Source of the DNA: a bacterium
GTDB taxonomy: Bacteria; Zhuqueibacterota; QNDG01; JAFGCO01
Length of the DNA: 64,000 nucleotides
NCBI GenBank assembly: GCA_016930535.1
Contig: JAFGGN010000037.1
Location: 66,529 to 130,528, forward strand
Direction: 5' to 3'
The notes under the pieces were generated by a model. That model searched no databases and was not told the DNA's origin. It saw nothing but the letters and a program-made list of their open reading frames with translations. A program made the position numbers and the translations under genes. Of the stretch, positions 1 through 10,172 are shown piece after piece. The stretch's first letter is position 1, and the number at the start of each line of letters is the position of its first letter.

Positions 1-65
1 TCCTGCTTATTATCATTACTGCTCACGGGTTGTCTGCATACCAAAGCACACGCGGATGCATTTTT

Positions 66-959
66 TTATTCAATCGCGGACTGAGACGAATCATCCGCCA
101 CCGCGGCCATGCCCGCCCATTCGCCCTGACGCAGCCGGTCGGCAATCCTGAAACCCTGGTTTTGAAGAGCCGCTGCCAGCTCATCCGCTTCGTGAACCAG
201 TATGCCCGAAATAATGAAGATCGTTTCCGGATGCACAAAACGCCGGATTCCAGGAATGATTTTCAAGAGTTCGATACGGTTGATATTGGCCAGAATGACA
301 TCGAAAATTCCAGCGGCAACCGCTTCCGTAGAACCGTGAAGCACATCGATTCTGGGACCGACACCATTGATACCGATATTTTCATGTGTATTTCCGAGTG
401 CATCCGCATCGATTTCCAACGCCATGCATCGCGCGCCCAGTTTTGCGGCTGCGATCGCCAGAATACCGCTGCCTGACCCGATATCCAGAACCCGGCTGTT
501 TTCATGCACGAATTTCTGCACGAGCCGCAGGCATAACTGCGTGGTCTCATGGGAACCGGTACCAAACGCCATGCGCGGCATGATGTCGATCGCAATCACG
601 CCGGACGGAACCTCAATTTGATGCCATGGCGCCTTGATGACAAACCGCTCACCGGCATAAACCGGCTGGAAATAATCCCGCCAGCCTGCGGACCAGTCCT
701 CGTCCGGATGTTCCGTGATCGCCGGATCACCCACGGAGAACTGCATCTTATTAAGGTCGCGAATAAACAGCCGGAGCCGATTCTTCAGCCGGTCGGTATC
801 CTCAATAGCCTGAAAATATCCCATGACCGCTTTTTCTCCTTCTTCGACCCCTGCGGCACCCATCTCAAAAAGAAAGTTCGACAATGCTTCGTACGCCGCA
901 GTATCGCCGGGAACGGTTACCAGAAACCAGCTGGAATGCGTATCCGGTTCCTTCATCAT
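66..959 (-). CDS. prmA: ribosomal protein L11 methyltransferase
   Basis: 297 aa. AdoMet-methyltransferase motifs (VLDIGSGSGILAIAA) and the PrmA-typical FGTGSHETTQLCL motif. Confidence 0.85.
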   Translation of the reverse strand: MMKEPDTHSSWFLVTVPGDTAAYEALSNFLFEMGAAGVEEGEKAVMGYFQAIEDTDRLKNRLRLFIRDLNKMQFSVGDPAITEHPDEDWSAGWRDYFQPVYAGERFVIKAPWHQIEVPSGVIAIDIMPRMAFGTGSHETTQLCLRLVQKFVHENSRVLDIGSGSGILAIAAAKLGARCMALEIDADALGNTHENIGINGVGPRIDVLHGSTEAVAAGIFDVILANINRIELLKIIPGIRRFVHPETIFIISGILVHEADELAAALQNQGFRIADRLRQGEWAGMAAVADDSSQSAIE

Positions 960-963
960 GAAA

Positions 964-1929
964 TTACAATCCCTCGTAAATCAGACTTAAAAGCAGGGTT
1001 CCGACAGTTCCGAGACTCTCCGCACTGCATTTATCCGGCGTGTCTTCGAGCGTATGCCAGTACGGGTAATCGAAGTCAATGATATCCACAGCCGGCACGC
1101 CCGAACGAAGCAGCGGCAGGTGATCGTCGATCACGGCCGGTCCTTCCCTGTCGATGAACTCGGACAATCCCAGATTATGCGCCCGTGTCCAGATAATCTC
1201 CACAAACCGGGGAGCATATTTTTGAGAATATCCCTCGATCGGGAAGGCCAGATCGCTGTCTCCCACGAGATCCAGAAGAACCGCGAATTCCGGTCGCGTT
1301 TTCAGTATTCCGGATTTCGCAAAATACTGTGAACCCAGGCACCAGGACTCCCAATCGCCTTCGATGCCTGAATCCTCCGCATCAAAAAATACGATGTCCA
1401 CGCCCACAGGGGCGGGCGATTCCTTTAAAATCCGTGCGATCTCCAGCAGTATGGCCACACCGGATGCGCCGTCATTGGCGCCGGGGATGGGGTGCTGGCG
1501 ATTTTCCGGAGCCGGATCCTGATCGGCAACCGGCCGTGTATCCCAGTGGGCACACAGCAGGATCCGCTGCGGCTGGAAACCGAATGAAGCCATTATATTC
1601 GTATATCTGCACATTTGTGTTTTACCGGGCACCCGGTCATGAAAGACCTGCTTCTGGACCCTGTCCGTGTATTGTCCGAGCGTGGATACCAGATAGTCAA
1701 GACATGCCCGATGCCCCTGTGAACCCGGATTCCGCGGCCCGAACGCACACTGTTTTTGCAAGGCTTCAAAGGCCCGGGTTTTGTCGAAACCGGGTGCCTG
1801 ACCGTGACAGGCTGAGATGGCATGCATCAGGATCAGAATACCAATTCCGGATTTTACGAAGGCATTGCTGTTCACCGTTGTCTCCTGTAATGTCCAAAGC
1901 AATTTATAATAATCGGGAGCCATTGTCAA
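964..1929 (-). CDS. M28-family zinc peptidase-like lipoprotein, possibly glutaminyl-peptide cyclotransferase
   Basis: 321 aa. N-terminal hydrophobic segment with lipobox-like ISAC. M28 metal-binding region (HWDTRP, NDGASGVAILLEIAR, FFDAEDSG). The architecture resembles bacteroidete type-II glutaminyl cyclase. Confidence 0.55.
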   Translation of the reverse strand: MTMAPDYYKLLWTLQETTVNSNAFVKSGIGILILMHAISACHGQAPGFDKTRAFEALQKQCAFGPRNPGSQGHRACLDYLVSTLGQYTDRVQKQVFHDRVPGKTQMCRYTNIMASFGFQPQRILLCAHWDTRPVADQDPAPENRQHPIPGANDGASGVAILLEIARILKESPAPVGVDIVFFDAEDSGIEGDWESWCLGSQYFAKSGILKTRPEFAVLLDLVGDSDLAFPIEGYSQKYAPRFVEIIWTRAHNLGLSEFIDREGPAVIDDHLPLLRSGVPAVDIIDFDYPYWHTLEDTPDKCSAESLGTVGTLLLSLIYEGL

Positions 1930-2009
1930 CAGCCCATTGGAATAACCATTGTATTTTCATCCCTGATCCATTATATTTGCATGATTCCTAAAGATTCCGG
2001 GAGTGTTTT

Positions 2010-3290
2010 TTGAATTATCATCAGGCCATCGAAACACTTTTCAGCCGAAAACAATCCCATATCAAACTCGGTCTGGAAAGAATGGAATCCCTGCTGGACG
2101 CGCTTGGGCATCCCGAAAAAGCGTTCGCTTCACTTCACATCGCAGGCACCAACGGAAAAGGGTCCACGGCCGCTATGCTGGCATCGGTTTGCCAGGCTGC
2201 GGGTTACCGGACCGGATTGTATACCTCCCCCCATCTGATCGATGTCCGGGAACGCATCCAAATTCAGGGACGGATGATTTCCGAGACGGCATTCATGACG
2301 GTTCTCGATCAAATTCAGCCTGAAATCGACCGGACAGAAGCCACATTCTTCGAAATCCTCACAGCCATGGCGTTTTTGATATTTAAAACGGAAAAAGTGG
2401 ATATCGCGGTCATTGAAACCGGCCTGGGCGGAAGGCTGGATGCCACGAATACGCTTGTGCCCGAATGCACGATCATCACGGAAATCGGCCTGGATCACAC
2501 ACAAATCCTGGGCAGAACGCTTCAGCCGATTGCCGCGGAAAAGGCCGGTATATTCAAACCCGGAATTCCATGCATCGTGGGATCCCGAAACAATGCGGTC
2601 AATGCATTTTTTAAAAGGAAGGCGGATGCCCTGCACAATTCAATCCGTTTTTCCAGGCAATCGGTCAGAATGAGCCGTGTCCGGCTGACGGAACAGGGAA
2701 CCTGGGCGGATGTACAAAGCCCCCGGCAGACCTATGCGGATCTGTTTTTGCGTCTGCTTGGCGCGCATCAGCTTGACAACCTTGCCACGGTTATCCTGAG
2801 TGTGGAGACCCTGCAGGAAAGGGGCTGGCGTCTGCCCGAGGCGTCGATACGCCAGGGCCTCACCGAAGTGACATGGCCGGCACGCATGGATCTGGTTCAG
2901 ACAAAGCCCAAAGTGCTGCTGGATTCCGCGCACAATCCGATGGGGATGAAGCAGCTGGTTCGCGGACTTACCCGAATATTCAGATACAACACGCTGATTC
3001 TGCTGTTTGGTGTTCTTGCAGACAAAAATCACAGACGCATGCTGAAAACAATTGCGCCCCTGGCGGACCGGATCATCGTGACGCGGCCGTTGAGCGACCG
3101 TGCCCTGCATCCCGACCAGCTCGAACCGATACCGGAAATCCGGGACAAAATGGTTTTAAAAATACCCGACATCCGGGAAGCCTGGAAGAAAGCCTTGATG
3201 ATGGCGGGAGAAGACGATATGATCTGTGCCGCCGGATCCATCTATTTTGTGGGAGAAGTGCTGAGACTGCATCGCGAACAAAAAAAATAA
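2010..3290 (+). CDS. folC: bifunctional folylpolyglutamate synthase / dihydrofolate synthase
   Basis: 426 aa. Mur-ligase P-loop GTNGKGSTAAM and Mur ligase middle and C-terminal regions. TTG start. Confidence 0.85.
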   Translation: MNYHQAIETLFSRKQSHIKLGLERMESLLDALGHPEKAFASLHIAGTNGKGSTAAMLASVCQAAGYRTGLYTSPHLIDVRERIQIQGRMISETAFMTVLDQIQPEIDRTEATFFEILTAMAFLIFKTEKVDIAVIETGLGGRLDATNTLVPECTIITEIGLDHTQILGRTLQPIAAEKAGIFKPGIPCIVGSRNNAVNAFFKRKADALHNSIRFSRQSVRMSRVRLTEQGTWADVQSPRQTYADLFLRLLGAHQLDNLATVILSVETLQERGWRLPEASIRQGLTEVTWPARMDLVQTKPKVLLDSAHNPMGMKQLVRGLTRIFRYNTLILLFGVLADKNHRRMLKTIAPLADRIIVTRPLSDRALHPDQLEPIPEIRDKMVLKIPDIREAWKKALMMAGEDDMICAAGSIYFVGEVLRLHREQKK

Positions 3291-3298
3291 ATTCCAGG

Positions 3299-3327
3299 TT
3301 GATTTTGGACGCGGTTTTGCTTATACT
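3299..3327 (+). promoter_or_regulatory. sigma-70-like promoter candidate (TTGATT-17nt-TATACT) upstream of the phosphorylase gene
   Basis: Hexamers with 17-nt spacing lie 43 nt upstream of the ATG at 3370. An AGGA RBS sits at 3357-3362. Confidence 0.3.
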
Positions 3328-3369
3328 GTGCGGTTCGTTGAGATGTATTAAAAAACAAGGATCATTTTT

Positions 3370-5505
3370 ATGACACAAGTTGAACACCATTTCCCCTATA
3401 TCCCGGACAGGCTGGACCGTCTTGGAGATCTTGCCTACAATCTGTGGTTCAGCTGGCATTCGAAAGCGGTGCGATTGTTTCAGATGATGGATCGCAAATT
3501 GTGGGAAAATGTCAAGCACAATCCGGTGCGTCTTCTCCATGAAATAGACCCCCAGCGCCTCGATGACCTGGCATCCGATGCCCGTTTTCTGGAGTATTAT
3601 GACCGGGTCATTTCCACATTCGACCATTACTTCTCAAAACAGGACACCTGGTTCAAGTATAATTTTCCAGATAAAAAAAATTCCCTTATCGCATACTTCT
3701 CCATGGAATTCGGCCTGCACGAATCGCTTCCCATCTATTCGGGCGGTCTGGGCATTCTGGCCGGGGACCATCTGAAATCGGCAAGCGATCTGGATCTTCC
3801 CCTGGTGGGTATCGGTCTCTTGTACAGGGAAGCCTATTTTACACAGTTCATCTCCATGCATGGCCATCAGCAGTCGATTTACCTGTACAATGATTATTCG
3901 GACATGCCCATCGCGAACGTTCTGGAGGACAGCGGTGATCCGCTGGTTGTCAAGGTGGAAATCGAGGACCGGGAAGTTGCCCTGCGCGTCTGGGAAGCCA
4001 AAATCGGCCGGATTTCCCTGTACCTGCTCGATACGGATTTTCACGAAAACCGGTCCGATGACCGCGAAATTCTGAAACGGCTTTACATCGGCAACCGCGA
4101 CATGAGACTCGTTCAGGAAATCCTTCTGGGTGTCGGAGGCGTGCGTGCGCTGCAGGCTATGAACATTCATCCCGCTGCATGGCACATGAACGAAGGGCAC
4201 TGTAATTTTTCGAGTCTTGAACGCGTCCGTGAAATGGTCGAAAAGGGCGGATCGGCCCAATCGGCACTGAAAAAAATCAAAGCAAACAGCCTGTTTACCA
4301 CGCACACACCGGTGCCTGCAGGGAACGAGGTTTTCGGTTTCGACAGGGTCGCGCATTTCATCGATCCCGTTATCCAAAAATCAGGTTTGAAAAAAGACAC
4401 TTTGAAATCCCTGGGACAGGAGGAAATGTCTCACGATCCAAATGCATTCAATATGACCATTTTCTCAATCAATACATCCCGGTACATCAATGCGGTCAGT
4501 CAGCTTCACGGGCAGGTGGCAAGGCAGATGTGGCACAAATTGTGGCCGGAATTGTCGCTTGAAGACGTGCCTATAGGCGCCATTACCAACGGCATTCATT
4601 CCAGAACCTGGATCACGTCCGAAATGAAAGATCTTTTCGACCTGCATTTCGGCGAAGACTGGCGATATCATCTGATGAGGGAAGATTTCTGGCAAAACAT
4701 CGGTTCCCTTCCCGATGCTCAACTCTGGAAAACAAGACAGATCCTGCGCCGCAAACTGCGGCATGACATACGCTGCCGTCTGACTGCACAGCGAGAGCGG
4801 AACGGTGAACCCAGAGAAAGCGTGGACGAAGCCAAAAACTACCTGGAACGGAACGCCCTGACCATCGGTTTCGCACGCAGGGTTGCAGAGTACAAGCGGG
4901 CCACATTGCTGTTTCGCAACCGGGATTGGCTGAAATCGATTCTGCACAAACCGGACATGCCGGTTCAGATTATTTTCGCAGGTAAATCCCATCCGGAAAA
5001 TCAGCCGGGAAAAACACTGATCAAAGAAATATATGATGAAAGCCGGAATCCGGATTTCGCGGGAAAGATCATATTTGTCGAGGATTATGACATGGCCTTC
5101 GCACGCCGGCTGATCTCGGGCGTGGATGTCTGGATGAATACTCCCCGGCGCCCGCTCGAAGCCAGCGGTACGAGCGGCATGAAGGCCGCAGCCAACGGTG
5201 CCGTCAATTTCAGTATTCTGGATGGGTGGTGGCAGGAAGCTTATGACGGCAGCAACGGCTGGTCCATCGGCGAAGACCGGGAGTACTACAACAGCTGGGA
5301 ACAGGACGAGGCGGACAGCCGCTCGATCTATGAAACCCTTGAAAAAGTCATCCTGCCGCTGTTCTTCAAACGGGACGAGGACGGCGTGCCCGCCGAATGG
5401 CTCGAAATCGTGAAAAATTCCATCAAAACCATACTTCCGGTATTCAATACGGACCGCATGGTCAGGGATTATACCATGAATTACTATAAAAATATGATGA
5501 AATGA
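3370..5505 (+). CDS. glgP: alpha-glucan (glycogen/maltodextrin) phosphorylase, GT35 family
   Basis: 711 aa. Pyridoxal-phosphate region (TSGMKAAANGAVNFSILDGWW) and the EDYDMAFARRLISGVDVWMNTPRRPLEASGTSG motif typical of the alpha-glucan phosphorylase family. Confidence 0.85.
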   Translation: MTQVEHHFPYIPDRLDRLGDLAYNLWFSWHSKAVRLFQMMDRKLWENVKHNPVRLLHEIDPQRLDDLASDARFLEYYDRVISTFDHYFSKQDTWFKYNFPDKKNSLIAYFSMEFGLHESLPIYSGGLGILAGDHLKSASDLDLPLVGIGLLYREAYFTQFISMHGHQQSIYLYNDYSDMPIANVLEDSGDPLVVKVEIEDREVALRVWEAKIGRISLYLLDTDFHENRSDDREILKRLYIGNRDMRLVQEILLGVGGVRALQAMNIHPAAWHMNEGHCNFSSLERVREMVEKGGSAQSALKKIKANSLFTTHTPVPAGNEVFGFDRVAHFIDPVIQKSGLKKDTLKSLGQEEMSHDPNAFNMTIFSINTSRYINAVSQLHGQVARQMWHKLWPELSLEDVPIGAITNGIHSRTWITSEMKDLFDLHFGEDWRYHLMREDFWQNIGSLPDAQLWKTRQILRRKLRHDIRCRLTAQRERNGEPRESVDEAKNYLERNALTIGFARRVAEYKRATLLFRNRDWLKSILHKPDMPVQIIFAGKSHPENQPGKTLIKEIYDESRNPDFAGKIIFVEDYDMAFARRLISGVDVWMNTPRRPLEASGTSGMKAAANGAVNFSILDGWWQEAYDGSNGWSIGEDREYYNSWEQDEADSRSIYETLEKVILPLFFKRDEDGVPAEWLEIVKNSIKTILPVFNTDRMVRDYTMNYYKNMMK

Positions 5506-5663
5506 TTCTTCTGAAATAGCCTGCCTCGTTCCCGGCGGAAGCAGGACATCCGCCGGGGACATTCATTATCACTGACATAATCGTGTTACTCCCTTGACTT
5601 TCATTTGTACAATGAGTAATTTTGTTTTCAGTCAATCCATCCGTAAAAAATTGGGGACAAGCC

Positions 5664-7469
5664 ATGTGTCGTCTTAAATTGTGGATACCGATGATCATCT
5701 GCATTGTAACAGGATCCGTTTTCGCCGATCCTCTGATTATCAATGTGGACGGACGTCAAACCCTGTCGCTGAACGGAAAATGGCAGTATATCGTGGATCC
5801 GTATGAATTGGGATACTATGATTACCGTTATAAACCCGATCCGAATGGATGGTTTAAAAACGCAAAACCCCGGAATAAATGGGACCGGGTTGAATACAGC
5901 TTTGACGATTCCAGGCTGCTCCACGTTCCCGGCGACTGGAACAGCCAGACAGACAAGCTCTACTACTATGAAGGGACGGTCTGGTATAAAAAGGATTTCG
6001 ACTGTCACCCGGAACCTGGCAGAAGGGCGTTTGTTTATTTCGGCGCCGTAAATTATGAAGCCAAAGTGTTTTTGAACGGGCAGCCCGTCGGTGAGCATAC
6101 GGGCGGATTTACACCATTTAATTTTGAAATAACACCATATCTCAGGGATGGTAACAATGTCATCGTTGTCAAGGCGGACAACAAACGGTCGAGAGAAGGT
6201 GTGCCGACGGTCAACACGGACTGGTGGAACTTCGGCGGCCTGACCCGGCGGGTCATGCTGATCGATGTGCCCGAGACCTATATACGGGATTATTTCATAC
6301 AACTGGAAAAAGGATCTGCCGACCGAATCGGGGGCTGGATACAGCTCGACGGCAGGGACAGCCAGGAGCCGGTCCTGGTGTACATTCCGGAACTGAACGT
6401 AACAAAGGTTCTGCATCCGGACAAAACAGGCAGGGCAGGTTTTCACATGCAGGCATCACCCGAACCTTGGTCGCCCGACGATCCAAGACTGTATACGGTT
6501 CGGATTGTATGCGGAAAAGACACAGTGGAGGACCGGATCGGATTCCGGCGCATTGAAACCCGTGACCATGATATTCTCCTCAATGGCAGTCCTGTCTTTT
6601 TAAGGGGCATCTGTATACACGAACAAAAACCGCTCGGGGGCCGCGTGTCGACAGAGGAGCAGGCCAGGGCACTTCTGACCTGGGCCAGGGAGCTGAACTG
6701 CAACTTTATCAGGCTGGCCCATTATCCGCACAACGAATATATGATCAGACTGGCCGACGAGATGGGCATTCTTGTCTGGGCTGAAATTCCGGTTTACTGG
6801 ACCATCCTGTGGGACAATCCGGAAACATATAAAAACGCAGAGAACCAGCTTGGCGAAATGATCACACGGGATAAAAACCGTGCATCCGTCATTCTGTGGT
6901 CCCTGGCCAATGAAACACCGCTCGAACAAAGCCGTCTCATGTTTATCAAAAATCTGGCGGATCGTGCCCGTGCACTGGATCCGACACGGCTGCTTACCGC
7001 AGCCATGGAACGGCATTATATCGATTCAAAAACGCAGATGATCGACGATCCGCTCGGTGAAGTCCTGGATGTGTTCGGATGCAACGAATACATCGGCTGG
7101 TATGACGGTCTGCCGTCCAAATGCGACAGCATTGAATGGCGCATGACCTATAAAAAGCCCCTCATCATCAGTGAGCTTGGCGGCGGTGCGCTGCAGGGCC
7201 TGCACGGAGACACGCTGACGCGCTGGACAGAGGAATACCAGGAAAACCTGTATCAGCATCAGCTCGTTATGCTGAAAAAAATTCCGTTTCTCCGCGGCGT
7301 CACACCATGGATACTCATGGATTTTCAATCCCCCCGGCGGCCGCTGACCGGCATTCAGGACGATTGGAACCGAAAAGGCCTCATTTCGGACAACGGTCAG
7401 AAAAAACGCGCCTTCCGGATTCTGAAACATTGGTATGATCAACTGGAATCCCGGAACAAGAAAGAGTAA
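5664..7469 (+). CDS. secreted glycoside hydrolase family 2 (beta-glucuronidase / beta-galactosidase-like)
   Basis: Signal peptide MCRLKLWIPMIICIVTGSVFA. GH2 sugar-binding and TIM-barrel motifs (NFIRLAHYPHNE, WSLANE acid/base, ISELGG nucleophile region). The ORF track starts at TTG 5622; ATG 5664 is preferred because of its GGGGA RBS. Confidence 0.75.
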   Translation: MCRLKLWIPMIICIVTGSVFADPLIINVDGRQTLSLNGKWQYIVDPYELGYYDYRYKPDPNGWFKNAKPRNKWDRVEYSFDDSRLLHVPGDWNSQTDKLYYYEGTVWYKKDFDCHPEPGRRAFVYFGAVNYEAKVFLNGQPVGEHTGGFTPFNFEITPYLRDGNNVIVVKADNKRSREGVPTVNTDWWNFGGLTRRVMLIDVPETYIRDYFIQLEKGSADRIGGWIQLDGRDSQEPVLVYIPELNVTKVLHPDKTGRAGFHMQASPEPWSPDDPRLYTVRIVCGKDTVEDRIGFRRIETRDHDILLNGSPVFLRGICIHEQKPLGGRVSTEEQARALLTWARELNCNFIRLAHYPHNEYMIRLADEMGILVWAEIPVYWTILWDNPETYKNAENQLGEMITRDKNRASVILWSLANETPLEQSRLMFIKNLADRARALDPTRLLTAAMERHYIDSKTQMIDDPLGEVLDVFGCNEYIGWYDGLPSKCDSIEWRMTYKKPLIISELGGGALQGLHGDTLTRWTEEYQENLYQHQLVMLKKIPFLRGVTPWILMDFQSPRRPLTGIQDDWNRKGLISDNGQKKRAFRILKHWYDQLESRNKKE

Positions 7470-7531
7470 TGGTTCATTTTTCTGCTGTAACACAATGATT
7501 TCCCAATCATCGACCGAGCCGAGAGGAACAC

Positions 7532-8842
7532 ATGGAAAGATACAATCTCATCAGCTTCGCAGGCATTTTTATTCTCATGGGACTTGCCTGGATATTTTCA
7601 GCCAACCGAAAAAAAATGAACTGGCGTCTCATATTCTGGGGAGTCGGCCTGCAAATGATTTTTGCCGCTTTTATTTTCTGGCTTCCGGCAGGCAGACAAT
7701 TTTTTCTGGGTATCAATCAGGGCGTGGTCAAAATTCTCGACAGTGCCATGGCAGGCACCGAATTCGTATTCGGCCGTCTTGCCCTGCCCCCGGGAACGGA
7801 AAACGAAGCGGGTGAAACCTCTCTGGGTTTCTTTCTGGCTTTCCAGGCGTTTCCGGCTATCGTATTCTTTGCGGCACTGATGAGCGTTCTTTATTTTCTG
7901 AAGATCATGCCCGTGATTATCCGGGGTTTTGCATACGTATTCACAAAACTCATGCACGTCAGCGGCGCCGAATCCATGTGCGCGGCATCCAATATTTTCG
8001 TCGGTATCGAATCCACACTGACCGTGAAGCCGTTCCTCGCGAATATGACCAGGTCCGAACTCGCAACTGTACTGACGGCCGGCATGGCCACTGTGGCATC
8101 CAATGTACTGGCGCTTTACGTATTTATGCTTCAGGGACAATTCCCGACCATAGCCGGACATCTGGTCTCCGCCTCCATTCTGTCCGCACCCGCCGCACTG
8201 ATCATGTCGAAAATCATACTGCCGGAATCCGGCACTCCCGAAACACTCGGCATGCATGTCCAACCCGCATATACGCGCGAGAACAATCTGTTCGAAGCCA
8301 TCATCAACGGTGCCAACTCGGCCGTCAGGCTCATTGTCGGTATCGCGGCACTGCTCATTGCCGTACTGGGGCTGGTCGCGCTCCTGGACCTGATTCTGGG
8401 AGGTGTCGGAAGCGGCATCAACCGGCTGTTCTCCATCAGCATGGACTGGACGCTGAAGGGTTTACTGGGTTATCTGTTCTATCCGGTGACACTCATCATC
8501 GGCATCCCGTTGCAGGATGCCTGGGAGATTTCAAAAATTATCGGCGAACGCGCCGTTGTAACGGAAGTCACTGCCTATCAGGATCTTGCCGTGTTGCTGT
8601 CCAGGGACACACTCGTACATGCCCGCTCCGCCTTCATCTGCACCTATGCGTTGTGCGGATTCGCCCATGTCGCCTCCCTGGCCATATTTGTCGGCGGGGT
8701 CACCGCTCTTATCCCGGAACGTAAAAATGACCTCTCCGTGCTCGGCCCGCGTGCCCTGCTGGCCGCGACCCTGGCCTGCCTTATGACCGCGGCCGTGGCC
8801 GGCACGTTTTATAACCAGGGCTCGATATTGCTGGGCAATTAA
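7532..8842 (+). CDS. nupC: NupC/CNT family concentrative nucleoside transporter
   Basis: 436 aa polytopic membrane protein with N-terminal, Gate and C-terminal nucleoside-transporter regions. A GAGGAA RBS precedes the start. Confidence 0.8.
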   Translation: MERYNLISFAGIFILMGLAWIFSANRKKMNWRLIFWGVGLQMIFAAFIFWLPAGRQFFLGINQGVVKILDSAMAGTEFVFGRLALPPGTENEAGETSLGFFLAFQAFPAIVFFAALMSVLYFLKIMPVIIRGFAYVFTKLMHVSGAESMCAASNIFVGIESTLTVKPFLANMTRSELATVLTAGMATVASNVLALYVFMLQGQFPTIAGHLVSASILSAPAALIMSKIILPESGTPETLGMHVQPAYTRENNLFEAIINGANSAVRLIVGIAALLIAVLGLVALLDLILGGVGSGINRLFSISMDWTLKGLLGYLFYPVTLIIGIPLQDAWEISKIIGERAVVTEVTAYQDLAVLLSRDTLVHARSAFICTYALCGFAHVASLAIFVGGVTALIPERKNDLSVLGPRALLAATLACLMTAAVAGTFYNQGSILLGN

Positions 8843-8856
8843 CAGGAGGGGATGTG

Positions 8857-9738
8857 ATGCAAAAGAAATGGTTGGCTGTCCTGACATTGTCCGTACTGAT
8901 CAGCGGATGCGGATTGACGCACCGCCAGCTCCTGAAGACGCATCAGTTCGGATCGGCCACTGAAAAAATGGGCGCCCTCGGTGAGGAAGAATTCGAAAAC
9001 ATCCGGTCGAACATCATTCGCATGAACAGTGAACTGATGGCGATCGACAATACCAAAACCTCCGCCAGCCTCATCCTGGACAGACCCGCGTCCGCCGAAG
9101 CGACCATGAAAAGAGTAGCCGCCTGCAAGGCCCTGCGCAGTTACGGTGAACTGCTGGTCAAACTGGCGGACAAAAACGACAAAGACAATCTGCAGACAGT
9201 CACCGAATCCCTGACTCAAAACTCGGCCCTTGCATTGCAGACCGAGCTGACCGACGAACAGATCGAGGCCATCGGCAGATGTGCGGCCGGTTTCGGACAT
9301 ATCTTTATCGAAAAGAAAAAAGCCGATGCATTAAAAAAAATCATTCCCGCATATGAAAAACCTGTTCACGACCTGGCGCGGCTTCTGATGGTCGATTTCT
9401 CTCTTGCAGCCGACATGGATTCCGTAGGATATTTAAAAGCCCTCGATATAACGGCGCGCCGTCTTAAAAACGCCTCGATCAGGCTGGTGAATGCCGGCGC
9501 GGAATATTCCGTCTATGAAAGGGACCGGGCGGTTCAGGCCTATGTGCTTGCCGAACAGATGCTCACAAGATCGGAATCCCTGAACAAAAAGGCCGTGAGC
9601 AGCATCAAAGGACTGCAGAAAGCCAATTCCGAACTCGTCCGGATCATGCTTAAAGACAGGCCGGAGGCGGACGATATTAAAAAATACGCCGAGGAAATCA
9701 ACGAACTGATGAATGCCTATCAGGTATTAACCAAATAA
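8857..9738 (+). CDS. hypothetical alpha-helical lipoprotein
   Basis: Signal peptide with lipobox LISGC. No recognisable catalytic motifs. An AGGAGGGG RBS lies 7 nt upstream of the ATG. Confidence 0.5.
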   Translation: MQKKWLAVLTLSVLISGCGLTHRQLLKTHQFGSATEKMGALGEEEFENIRSNIIRMNSELMAIDNTKTSASLILDRPASAEATMKRVAACKALRSYGELLVKLADKNDKDNLQTVTESLTQNSALALQTELTDEQIEAIGRCAAGFGHIFIEKKKADALKKIIPAYEKPVHDLARLLMVDFSLAADMDSVGYLKALDITARRLKNASIRLVNAGAEYSVYERDRAVQAYVLAEQMLTRSESLNKKAVSSIKGLQKANSELVRIMLKDRPEADDIKKYAEEINELMNAYQVLTK

Positions 9739-9750
9739 CGGGGGAGTTCC

Positions 9751-10071
9751 ATGACCAAGCTCCGGGATGCCGTTGATGAAACCATAGAAAACCTGGAAAA
9801 AATCAGGGATGCACAGAATCCGCCGGACAACGAAGTGCTCATCCGGCTGGACGCGCTCTATGAACAGAAAATCAGGCTGCTGGAAGTCCATATCAACGAA
9901 GCGACAGATGATTACAAAAAAGCCCTCAAATCCCTCAATTCAGCTGCAAAAAGCACAAAAAAAGCGATTAAAGACCTTTCCAGACTTCAGGAGGCCCTGA
10001 AAAAGGTGGCAACGGCCCTGGATAAAATGACCCGCCTGCTCCAGGCAGGTCCGGCTGTACTGCACGGATGA
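9751..10071 (+). CDS. hypothetical small coiled-coil protein
   Basis: 106 aa, highly charged and helical. GGGGGAG RBS. Coupled 12 nt downstream of the lipoprotein gene. Confidence 0.45.
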   Translation: MTKLRDAVDETIENLEKIRDAQNPPDNEVLIRLDALYEQKIRLLEVHINEATDDYKKALKSLNSAAKSTKKAIKDLSRLQEALKKVATALDKMTRLLQAGPAVLHG

Positions 10072-10172
10072 TCGCACCCGTATCAGGCTTTGCTTCAGAG
10101 GTTGTCTTGATATCGTTCGTATATACCATTTAAATATCTCGGAAGCAGTCTGTCTCAGCCGGACGGATTTTG

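Noticed and set aside
30-476. 148-aa plus-strand ORF at the window start
   Set aside because: It is fully contained antisense within prmA, which has unmistakable methyltransferase motifs.
5506-5663. Bacteroidetes-type promoter (TTTG …19-21 nt… TAnnTTTG) upstream of the GH2 gene
   Set aside because: A TAATTTTG -7-like element is present, but no TTTG sits at the correct -33 spacing. A naive TTGACT/TACAAT pairing has only an 8-nt spacer. Left uncalled.
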